Source: Bigelowiella natans CCMP2755
Lineage: Eukaryota; Protista; Cercozoa
Length of the DNA stretch: 44,274 nucleotides
NCBI GenBank assembly: GCA_000320545.1
Contig: ADNK01000526.1
Coordinates: forward strand, 1 to 44,274
Direction: 5' to 3'
Shown here: positions 32,440 through 44,274 of the stretch, one piece after another
Numbering within the stretch: the first letter of the stretch is position 1
Layout of the letters: each line of letters starts with the position of its first letter
Translations under genes and position numbers: made by a program
The notes under the pieces: generated by a model
What the model was told of the DNA's origin: nothing
What the model saw: the letters and a program-made list of their open reading frames with translations, nothing else
Database searches by the model: none

Positions 32440-34916
32440 TTTTAAGTTGAGTTTTCGTGCTTGCTTAAAAATTCCAGTTCTCAGGAATTCCTATTTAGAA
32501 CGAAGTCATTGTCTTTGAATTATATATCCCTCCCATCATACGAATTTATGCTAGGTAGGAGACTAAATTTGGTATGTTAAATTTCTTTCTGTAACGGATA
32601 CAGGAGCTCCCTTCGTGTTCGCGTCGGATTATTCAATTTCCACTGAACAACGCACACAGCACACTGAACACCTCTCCCATGGAGGAAATACATGCCCTTC
32701 ACTCTCTCGGTGATAATTATATTCATAATTATAACAAGGGACGAGCAGACACGAGGTGAAGGGCACCGTGAGCACAATGTGACGAGCTCACCAAGGCAGG
32801 CGCAGAAACCAACGTCTAAGTTATTCAGACTAACAGGAAGGATTTATCGATAGATTGATATAATAATTTGATGTATCATCAATAATCTTATTTCTGCGAC
32901 ATGTCAAAACTGCATATACGAAGCGTTAATCATAAGCATTCCTGATTTTTTAAAAGCCGAATAAGATTCTAAAATTGGAGCCATCGTTACCCATCGGCCA
33001 GATGATGGCGACGTCGATTACAATCCGGTTGTCGTTAGTGATAATTATGGGGTATTTCTTTCCTATTCCATCTATAAAACCAAAAAAATAATATAACGAC
33101 ATAAATCATTCCGGCGTCAAAGAAATTATCTTGTCTCAACTTCAATAGTTCTCAACGTGTACGAAGAGCATCTCTCGAAGTCAGAGTGGACTATTTGTTT
33201 ACGTCTCAATAATTTTATTGTCGCACAATTTTTCTCTTACTTTGACTTGGCATCATCATCATTTGACATTCTCAGATCGATTGTTGCTCCATTTCCCAGA
33301 TGTTGATGGCCTAATTACTCATAAATTGTAAAACTATGGATGTCGCGTTATGATATAGTACACAATTCCTTCTCTTGCGTAGACCCTTTCTCCCTAATCA
33401 ATCTGGGGAAAACAAACAGTAGTATTTTCAATTGTTGGAGTAGGCAAGGTAAAATGGGGCAAGAGTGCAGAAAATAAGGGCTCTGAGAGCACGAGATTGA
33501 GAAGTCATGAAGTTGTGAGGCAGTGTCTCACGTAAATAGCAGCAGATGATTAGATGTAGAGAAACTGTCACCATTTCACCGTCGTTTCAGCCTTGTGCTC
33601 TGTTTTGTTTGGGATAAGTGAGATGCAAATGCAACCAGTTTCTAAGAATGGGATTGTACCAATCAGCTCGATTTCCATTTGGAAGGAACCGACTTTCCGG
33701 GGTAGTCCACTGCGCCAAGCAGTATCTTCCATTCCTTGAATGAGACGAATCAGATGAGGATTCGTGACCCAGAACCCAGAATATCAGTAACGTAGCATCA
33801 GAGTGACACCATGAATACGGTTAAAAGCCAGCCGGGGCCTGTAGGACACGACCGGAAAGCCAAATCAGAGTCAAAGAGGGGCATGGAGCACATAGAGATG
33901 CTATCAATGGGAGTAGAGAGCGCCGATTGCCCGAAAACTGTCGCGGATATTACTACATTCACGAAGGTAACAAGAAAAAGCTTAGTAAAGAAGGAATCCA
34001 AGAATAAGGAGGGTATGAGCGCTAATAGAAGCTGCAGTAGCTCCTTAGCCTCCGCTAATCGGCCAAAATTTCGGCATCCGCCCCAGCCAACACCGCCCGC
34101 TTCCAAAGATAAGCTCCTTCCATTATCCGAGAAGCAATTTCGAATGCTGCCAGCGATCAACTCTTCGGACAAAGAGTATCACACAGCGAATAGGAATGAT
34201 CGTTCTAGTAGCGAACGGAAGTTGAGCTCTCGAAATCTTAAAAAAAAATGCAACAGCACGATGGAAAACCTCGATGACAGCGTTTGCCACGGGAGAGAAA
34301 GGGATCCAGGGTAGTTCTGCTTTAAAATACAGAGTACACTTTCATTCCTTACACCGACCCTTTATAATACTCAGGAATTTGCATCGGAAGCAGGACTCAA
34401 AATCTGACTTCGACAGGGAAAAGAAGAAGGTGCTGGTGGTGGTTGTGAATCTGGGACACAGTAATTATCTCATGATGTGTACGGCGTGAAGTCAAAGAAG
34501 AAAAAATGGTGATTGGTGATTAAGACTTATGAGGGGGTGTAAGCATTGAATCTAAAGTGTAAGCACAAAAATAACGAGAACGGGGGTTGAGAATACGAAG
34601 GGTACAAGCTTGCATCGAGACTAAAGATACACCAACAGATTAAACATATGCACTCCCCTTCAGATCCCTCTCACTTTTCGTTGGTATTTTAGAAAAAGAA
34701 TTACAGAAGGAGGGTGCACAGGCAGCAGGGTTACTACCACTACTACTACTACTACTACTATTCCTTTTGAAAACCAAATCTCCATTTTTGAGGAGGTTTT
34801 CAAAAAATAAAACACACCCCCGGAAAAAAAAAACACAGTTTTTTTTAAAAAAAAAAAACCCTGCCGCCCCCTTTTTGCCCCCCTGCCTCCAAAGAAAACA
34901 ACCTCCGCCCTCCTCT

Positions 34917-34947
<31 letters not shown>

Positions 34948-35821
34948 TTTCCACCCATCGCCACCACCGCCAAGATTCTCTGTACGTGGACGTTAAGCCA
35001 GAGGACGCCCATCGTTCGGAGAACATTCTAGAAACGACACGTTTCTCGGTGGCGACTCGAGCCCTGACACGACAACTAAGAGGTCGTCGAGAGTCCCGTA
35101 GCCATCGAAGCTGGGAAGCACAGAGCAGCGATAGTAAATACGCTCCTGCCTATGCATCTACTGCTGCTAGTGCTCATGGCGATGAGGCGCCTACTGACTC
35201 AGCTGGAGAGGGGGATCAGAAGCAGTCGCTTAACTCCCGCCAGTGGGAGAAGAAGAAGAGGGAAGAGGGAGCAGAATGCAAGGAGGGGGAGGGGGAGGGG
35301 GAGGAGGAGGAGGAGAAGAAGGACGAGGAAGGTGTCGTCATTGCTCTTGAAGTCCTCAACAGACATCAGATTCGAGCGCTTTCCGTACTCACATGGTAGT
35401 AGTAGTAGTAGTAGTAGTAGCTGGCAAACCGACACAGGCAAATTGTGCTGTAGTAGCGACAGTAGAAGTAGTAATAGTAGTAGTAGTAGCAGTAGTAGTA
35501 GTAGTAGAACAAGTAGTAGAAGTGCTAATAATCCGTTAGACATAGGTGGGAAAAGTAAGTTGTTGACATTTAAAAAACAAAAAAGTGTGTTGCCATCTGC
35601 GAAAAAACAATGACGAATGACAATAGTTCAGGAGGCACATGAAAGCGTGGAATCCTTATGAAGTCCTCCTCCTCCTCCTCCTTCTCCTAGTTTCATCACG
35701 TAAATATACATTGTTATGATTTTGTGTGCGGATGTGTCCATGCGCAGGGGGCTGTTCATATTCTCATCAATATTTAGCTTTTTCGAGGTACAAGTTAACC
35801 GCTTGATAAAATCCTGTTTGA

Positions 35822-35863
<42 letters not shown>

Positions 35864-36578
35864 TTCCTCTTGTGAATGCACGCGTAATCAATCGGAGCGC
35901 ATAATGATCTGAGTCGGAACCACTTTCCTCTTTGCTGCTTGCTTTCAACACAGATAAATATCATGTGCATATTATAATTATTTATGATATTTGCGAGCAT
36001 CCCCCTGATCATATTCGTTAATATCTCATTACCAGCCAATGTTTTAGCGTAGTGACTCTTTCCTCGATGTATCATTGCTCACAGATCTCCGCACTTCAAG
36101 ACTCGCAAGACTTTTCGATGCTGCACCCCGCTAGCAGCTCTGTCAAACTCTTCTCTGTAGAAGGCCCAAAAACCGAGCCCACAAAAACAGCAGTAGCAGC
36201 GGCAGTCTCACCGACCTCGTATAATGATGGCGACATGTCCTCTTCCTCCTTCTCGCTCTTCTCCTCGTCGTCATTCTCTCTCATCCCCCATTCTATGCAG
36301 CAACTGCCACCACCTACATTTCCAACAGCGGGAGCCTTTTCCTCTTCCTCTCCTCCTGATGCCACGCCGTCACAACAGCAAAGACGACGACTGGAGATCC
36401 AAAGCAGCTCATCAGCTGACTTTGCGGATACTTCTGGGTGGTGGAGCTCTGGGAGAATACATCTCCATAGGTATTACTACGTAGTACTCAACACGTGCAC
36501 ACAATAGTAATAACAACAACAACAACAACAATAAGTATATGCATGTTTATACGCTTGCTTGTATGTGTGCGTGTGCGC

Positions 36579-36646
<68 letters not shown>

Positions 36647-36876
36647 ATCAATTAGTGCTATATGTTCGTGAGCGGGTCGAGGTGGCAAATAGTAGTAGTA
36701 GGTAGAAGTAGCAGCGTGTAGTGTGATCGAGGGAAGTCGAAACGGTGTAATAATATCCTACAATACAATCAAATTGGATGATGATGATGATGATGAACAA
36801 CGCCTTATCTACAGACAACATATAGGAGCTTTACTAGTGCTAATTGTAATACCTCAAACAGCACGCCCAAGCAGCC

Positions 36877-36913
<37 letters not shown>

Positions 36914-37073
36914 CATAATTGAATCCGCGTTGTTGTTGTTGTTGTTGTTGTTGTTTTATTATTATTATTGTTATTATTTCAGGCTAAACCTCCTCATGGC
37001 AATGGAGTCGCAAGCGAATCGTATAGAAGGGAGGTCACTAAATCTCAACGGAGTGGTCAGTCATGCCCAGATC

Positions 37074-37105
<32 letters not shown>

Positions 37106-37189
37106 AATGAGATATTTAAACTTTTTCGTTATTCGCCGATAATTCCTCCTCCTAGTTTTGTCCTTCGACACGACCTTAAAAACGCGGTG

Positions 37190-37223
<34 letters not shown>

Positions 37224-37406
37224 TTCATCACCACCATGCTTATTGATCTTACTATTCCCAGGTTGATAGTCCGAGCGTGGTGACTGTGTGGGTTTCTTTG
37301 TTCCACGGCACAGACAGGATTTGGTAGTACGTACGCTATGTATCGTGATGGGGAGATGAGGGGGGGCGGGGGTGGGGGAGGAGGAGAATCGTGATGTGAT
37401 CGGTTT

Positions 37407-37444
<38 letters not shown>

Positions 37445-37497
37445 TGTGTGAGTGTGATTGTGTTGCATGAGTGCTCGCATGCATTAGAGTCAGAGAA

Positions 37498-37533
<36 letters not shown>

Positions 37534-37597
37534 TACCACATGTGATCAAACCTTACTTTACATGTTATAGATGAAACAAAGACATCATTATCATCAC

Positions 37598-37633
<36 letters not shown>

Positions 37634-38258
37634 ATGCGTGTCACTTCAACGACTACTCTACTGTGCAGGTCGCGATCGAAGAACATTACGCTGAGCGCAT
37701 ACGAAGTAACCTCTCTCTAAAACCGTGTGCTGTCGTTGATGGTGCACATATCACCGAATCCAAATATATAGGATTTGTCGTCGCTCGTCCTGACCTCCCA
37801 TCGCTGTTGTTGTTGTTGTTGTTGTTGTCGTCGTCGTTGTCCTTAGATACTGGACACTGGGAGGAGTATCTCAGTGTTCGATGCCTACAACGATGAGTTC
37901 GGGGTGCTACCAGAGGGATAGAGAGAGAGAGGAGGGGGGGGTAGGAGGAGGAGACCAAGAGAAATAGATATAACTGCTCCAGAATAGCATTACCATTAGG
38001 CTGCAACAACCAATTACCCTCCCCTCTCTTTCTCTATACGCGTCTCCTATGGTGCTGCACTTCGTAGGAGCGTTGGCAGGCAGAGCTTCTGGAGGCGATT
38101 GATAAGAAAAGCGATATCTACAACGATGTACTCGAGACTGATTGTTGCCCTTTCGAAAATACTGATGAATGATGATGGCTCTCACGAGAAGAGAAGGGAG
38201 TCTTTCGCTCACCCTTGCTTTCTTTGTGCTGTGTTTGATTCACCTCACTTTGCAGATT

Positions 38259-38294
<36 letters not shown>

Positions 38295-38297
38295 AGC

Positions 38298-38338
<41 letters not shown>

Positions 38339-38495
38339 TATCGAGTGAACATGAAATATAAAGCCCGTGTTATGATCTTACCTTAAATTAGGACGTGGAG
38401 ATGGTTGTGCTGATACGCTACGATCAAAGCGTAGGGCTACCATCAAACGGAAACTTCACGCAATATGTACGCCGTGAGAATGCATACATTCTCCT

Positions 38496-38528
<33 letters not shown>

Positions 38529-38721
38529 CTGGCGATGATAGCACGTGATAATACGAGGCTTATGTATGCGTGAGTATTTGCGCGCGCGCGCGCGCGCACA
38601 CACACACACAAATCCTACTGTAGGGCGTAAATCGGTACTACACTCTGCATTACAACAACTATGCCTATCGGATCTTCGACATCGTCCTCAGGTGTGCGTT
38701 GTGCGTGTGGTGCATGTGCGT

Positions 38722-38767
<46 letters not shown>

Positions 38768-39324
38768 CAGTCGATCGATAGAAATAGATAAATGAGTAGA
38801 CGTTATTTATACGACAATCACGCGAACTATTATCAAGCGCCTCTGTACATCATTCAGCATTATTAAAAAACTACTCGCAGTAGATTCGGGCGGTAACTGA
38901 AGACGCAGCAGCAGCAGCATCTAAGCCGATATCGTTGTGCTTATTCGTGACTCTCCTCCTCCTCCTCCTCCCTTATATTAACTTAAAATGTGTTGATGTG
39001 TTGGTAAGGAATCTATTGCTGCTGCTGTCGTGTCTGGCGACAGCTTTCTGGTTTTGGATCGTCCTGAGCTACGGTGATGACGACTCGTGAGAAAAGAAGA
39101 AGAAGAAGAAGAAGAAGAAGAAGAAGAAAGGGATGGTTATTGATGATGATGGATGGGCTTATCTCGCCGGATGATTTTTATCATTGAATTGTAGCATTCA
39201 GCATAATATATTTACTACTACTACCACTACTACTACTTTCAATTTAGCCATCGCATGTGTATGCTATTACTCTTCGTTGTGTTGTAGATTAGCAATACGA
39301 TTTTTCACCCACGCTCTCACACTA

Positions 39325-39421
<97 letters not shown>

Positions 39422-41390
39422 GTACATAATTCCCAGAGCACAAGTGGATATCGGAGCAGTACTGGATCTCCATTCTCCTCGCCCTCCTTATTCTCTTGCA
39501 AGACCCATTCCTCACAGGTATAAGGGGGGGGTGTATGTGCACGGTTTGGCGCTGGAGGAGGGGAGCGGGGCCGCATAATCGCGAAAGCAGCATAGGAATG
39601 ACCGGAATGAATGAATACCAAATGTTTACATCCATCCTATGCTCCATCCTATGCTTCACTTTTCGCGTCTCCCTTCCTCCTCCCCCTCCTCCTCCTTCAG
39701 CTCTATATCTCGCGCCAAACAGCCTCTGGCTTCAATACGCCTCTGCGCTGGCGTTTATCATCCCCGACGTGTACACGAGGCTCTTCTGGCTGCTCATGGC
39801 TGACGCCGTTCGGATTCAGAATCATGGGCAGTACTTCAGGTCGGAAACTCCGCACAAACGACAAACACACAGCAAGCAGCAACACCACAGTCTGCTGATA
39901 AATGATAGTCCGGCGAGTAAAGGGGTGGGGAGAGCAGGGAGGATAAAAAGGAAAAGTCACAGCCCCCCCCCCCCCCCCACAAAGAGTGATAATAACCGTT
40001 GATCGGACGAGCCGTCTTCACCAATACTACGGACGGAAAATAACCTGATTCAAACGTCTCCTTCTTCGCTCTCCGCAGATCGAAGAAGACAGACGAGGAG
40101 ATGATCAAAGATGGCGGGAATGAAGATGCGCAAGCGACGGCAACTGTAGGGATCTTCGAGCGCTTTCCCAACCTGAAGGTGAGCACCATAACAACAACAA
40201 CAACAACAACAACAACAATACCAATACCAATACAATACCAACAATAATAATGATAATAATAATAATGTGCCAGTCTTCAGCTAATGAGGATGATGCGCAC
40301 AATAGCAGCCATCTAATGTCGTCGTCGTTGTTGTCTGTCTGTCTTTCTGTGCTGCATGCTGTATTTTGGCGGTTGCTGCAGCTTGTTTGCGTGCCCTGCT
40401 GCTTCCTCTTTCTGCTAATCTTATCTCTGCTTCACATATGCATACTTACATCGAAAACGTATGGCTGGCAGCGCATATATCGGCGAATACCTGAGGGGAT
40501 TCGGAATCGTCTTGAACAGGTCCAACAGTAGTAGCCATCGCCATCATCATTATAGTTATGATCAATATCATCATCGTCGTCATCATCGTCGTCGTTATCA
40601 ACGCAGATCCACGACTACGCGAATCGCAAGCCAGACACGACTCACACTGCGGATTTTTATGTATGGAAGCTGGCGCTGGCAGGTAGTAGTAGTAGTAGCG
40701 GTAGTTGTAGTAGTTGTAGTGGTAGTAATTTGCAGTTATACTTATTGATGAGCGTGTGTGCACGTGTTAGCGTGGTAGGGGCCTGATTTGTGGGTGTGTC
40801 GCTTATTATTAGCAAGTGCGTGTTTGTCGGTCATTATTGTTTTAGTTGTCGTTATCGTTATTGTTGCTTCTTCCCGGCAATCTATGTGCCGTCCCTCTTT
40901 TACCCTAACCCCTCCTTCCGATGATTTCAACCGTTGCTCTGCTATCATTACGATTATTACTGATTATTTGCGTCGAATGCCATTTCCCTGCTGATGCGTG
41001 CATATAGTGGTGGCATTAATCTGCGAGATAGCGGTCGTTTTCATCCTTCTCAACCAGGACAGACGGTAGCAGTAGTAGTAGTAGTAGTAGTAGTAGTAGC
41101 GGTTATGGGAGGAGGAGGAGGAGGAGGAGGAGGAGGAAGGTATACGTGTGTGCGTGTGTGCGTGTGCAAAATAATTGTGCCGTCTGTTGTCCACTGTTTT
41201 TAGTGAGTAATTGTTTCCTCTTCCTCCGCGCTTTTTTTTCTTGATCTCATCACTACCACGCTAACACGTGCACCTCCTCCTCCTTGTTCTACTCCTCCTC
41301 CTTAGGCAAAGCAGCCACGACCTGGCGCAATACATCTTGCTGGCCAACAGAGGAAGCACTCTTTCCGTGTTCGGAGCGATAGGTGTGTAT

Positions 41391-41472
<82 letters not shown>

Positions 41473-41806
41473 CATTCAGATTTCGAGGCAGGGAGCAAGG
41501 GCATCATCAGGAACCTTCCCCCCCCTCCCCTGTCTGCAAGATGTTCTCGATATTAGTGCAGATGATAATGACAATAATACACACAAACTGCATATGCAGG
41601 CGTGGCTACCTTCATCGTATGGGTCGTATGGCTCTGCACGTGCTTATACATGTAAAAAGAGAGAAAGAAAGAAATTAGAAGAAAAAGAAGAAGAAGATGA
41701 TGATGATGAAGAAGGGGGTGAGGGGGAAAGAAGAGGATGGGACGATGACCGCCATAACAATCACTAATCGATACAATCATGTAGCAACGAAAGGTCTCAT
41801 GAACAA

Positions 41807-41847
<41 letters not shown>

Positions 41848-42222
41848 CACCTACAGGTCGGTGAAGCACCTCGCTCGGCTGCCTTACCTCCAGACGCGAT
41901 TCAGACAGCTTTCATTCCGTGATTTCACCAATAAGACGTACCTAGTCGTGGCGTACTTCGTCGTCGTGGGCATCGCCACGGTGACGGTCTCTGACAACTC
42001 TGCGATCGTTGACTACCGCACTCGCATTGGGGTCTCCACGCTAGTTCTTGTGTCAGGTGTGCTTGCTGTGCTGTGTTTGCCCGCCCTGATGCATTTGATC
42101 CCCGATGTTGTTGTCGGTTGTTGTCGCCATGGTAGCAGTAGTAGTCGCGGTAGTGGCTTTTCGTTTTTAGTGGCAGGGGGGGGTAATGCTGAGTAGTGGT
42201 AGTAGGTAGCGTTGATATATGA

Positions 42223-42302
<80 letters not shown>

Positions 42303-42628
42303 TGAATTCTAACAAATGCGCAAATTATTAACGACGCCATGGATTATTGATTCGACCAAAAGGCTACATCTACATCCTCGCGTACACCTACCTCCCAGTA
42401 TCGAAGGTGCTGCTGCTAATGTCTTGTCACCAACCTTTCTACCTACTGCTTCTTCCGCATTACTACTACAGTGAGGAGACCATCCACCTCACCGCTAATT
42501 AACATCCACCACCTTCTCCTCCTTCTCCTCCTCCTCCTCGTCGATAAATTAATTAGCGGCTGCTCCAGAATCGCTTTCTCAAGAGGGAATCCAGGTGGTC
42601 GTCGATGATAAAAACGATGATGGGCAAG

Positions 42629-42663
<35 letters not shown>

Positions 42664-43600
42664 ATGATGATGATGATGATGGCGGACAGCCCTCACAATT
42701 AGTAGCAGTAGCCTCAAAATATGTTCCTACTATCACCAACCCCTCTCATACACAATATGAGTTGTGTGCGTGCGTGTACGTGCGTGTGGAAGCTCGCACC
42801 AAAGTCGTCTTTTGCTTGCTCCCTATCACGCTCCTTCATCCCCCCTCCCCGCCCTTCTCAGCTTCTACAACAAGAAGCAATTCCTAAAAGGCCTGAACTT
42901 CAAAGAGGACACCCCAATCGGGTTCCGGCTGGACTGGGCGCGGTATGTTTATATTCATCATTTTCTCTTGGGAGAGCCTTCCTCCTCACCCGATGAGATG
43001 ATATAATCAAGAAGAGGGAGAGATAGAGGGGTGGGAAGACCTGGAAAGAGATGATCATTTATTGAAGGCGGTATACTGCACTACACCTCCTTCGTTCTCC
43101 TCGCTAGCTTCTAGAAGGAGTCATCATTGAGCAAGTTTTTTTTGGATCTGCTGTGTCTGTAAGATGATTGTCGTTGTATTGCTGCTGCACTACTAATCGC
43201 TGCGTTGTTGTTGTGTGGGACTTCCTGTTGCCTCGCTTGTGCGTGCGTGCGTGCGTGCGTGCGTGCGTGTATAGTTGGATCGCGGATTTGGCGTGGATGG
43301 CATATATGGACCCCCCAGTCACGTTTTCATATAATGATGATGATGATGATGCGAAGAGGAGATGATATAATGATGACAATTTGCACTTGTATGGTTTCAA
43401 CGTGCCCTCCTCCTCCTCCTCCTCCTCCTCCTCCTCCTCCCCCTCCTCACTTATGCATCTAACACGAATACACACAGGGAACGGAAAATTCGGAGTGGGG
43501 AGTGATCGATGTGAAGCAGTTCGGCTTTAAGCTCGTCCACTACCAAGTAGCAAGAAAGAACAACAAAACAAGGAGTAGGGGGGGGGGGGGGGGGAATTAC
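30540..43600. repeat. Microsatellite-dense region, mostly intronic, including poly-C at ~34918-34947 and compound (CG)n(TG)n(AG)n tracts
   Basis: Directly visible di- and trinucleotide tracts between the exons. Confidence 0.95.
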
Positions 43601-43688
43601 GATGAACAGCTCACCGTTCTCTATGTAGCAATGGTATCTAGACACCTTGGACACTCGCACTATAATATCATTTTTGCTGCGAGGAAGG
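33811..43688 (+). CDS. Many-exon TMEM181/Wntless-like multipass membrane protein, possibly continuing into a class 3 lipase beyond the window
   Basis: In-phase exons 38624-38691 (HYNNYAYRIFDIVLR), 39009-39073 (NLLLLLSCLATAFWFWIVLSY), 39437-39517 (KWISEQYWISILLALLILLQDPF, cf. TMEM181 W..EQKW.S.LL.LLLLYNDPF), 39701-39839 (RLFWLLMADAVR), 40079-40178, from 41857 (LARLPYLQTRFRQLSFR), 42862-42942 (GFRLDWAR) and from 43275 (WIADLAWMAYMDPP). The 5' exons (33811, ~34975) are tentative. Confidence 0.6.
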
Positions 43689-44274
43689 TACAAGGTTTTA
43701 AGTTTAAAGAAAGCACGGTTAAATTATGATGAACGCGACGTCATCTTGTTCAAGCTGACCTTTTCTTCCCTATTGTCATCTTCGAGATATGATTGTAGAG
43801 GGGTACCTCGCCGTGATCCCATTTTAGCATTAAATCGGCTGTTGCTCCTACTGCTGTTGTAGACGCATTTTTGGTTGAATCTAGTGAAAGGTATTGGGAG
43901 CAAATAGCATCATATGCGTCAAGTGAGTGGCAAAACTGGGTACGTTCAAACAGATGGTTTTTGTTTGATTCTTCAGATCTGGGAGTAGCGTGTCAGTTAT
44001 GTTAAACAGAAAAAAAAAAAGTGATTTGAACTAAATTAATGAATCAAATGACTGCACGTTATCTATGTTCCTATTAGCAAATATTGCATGTCAAACTACC
44101 TGCTGCCGAACAAGGGTCATTCATGCCCCCCTCCACACTGTTTTTGGCGATTTCACTTGAATGTTGACTGCAACCATGCGAACTGCTTGGTTCTATGAGA
44201 TCTATTGGATCTGTAAAGGCACCTTCTGGGGGTAAAGAGGGTGATAGAACAAAAACGGGGGGGGAGAGAAAATA

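Noticed and set aside
34760-34950. A/T/C homopolymer-rich stretch within the 210 aa ORF
   Set aside because: Looks like low-quality sequence next to a poly-C tract in an intron, not a biological feature.

Overview
Eukaryotic nuclear DNA from a secondary-plastid alga. It is most likely a chlorarachniophyte such as Bigelowiella (inference from signal+transit presequences, triple-domain COG4337/iota carbonic anhydrases and short GT-AG introns). The flanks (1-~7130 and ~30000-44274) hold many-exon genes with microsatellite-filled introns, including a TMEM181/Wntless-like membrane protein that may continue into a class 3 lipase. The central ~23 kb is almost free of microsatellites and carries compact genes: two iota-CA paralogs, a TL17-like lumen pentapeptide-repeat protein, an AMT1 ammonium transporter, a Zn2Cys6 protein and an alpha/beta hydrolase. 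The main unexplained signal is a set of 0.7-1.7 kb intergenic patches almost devoid of TpA except in CTAG/CTA/TAG contexts, rich in CA/TG, and retaining CpG. Copies of a small dispersed repeat in these patches differ by TA->TG and TA->CA changes. This suggests a targeted, strand-symmetric A:T->G:C hypermutation process, the mirror image of fungal RIP. All counts and exon models were made by eye.
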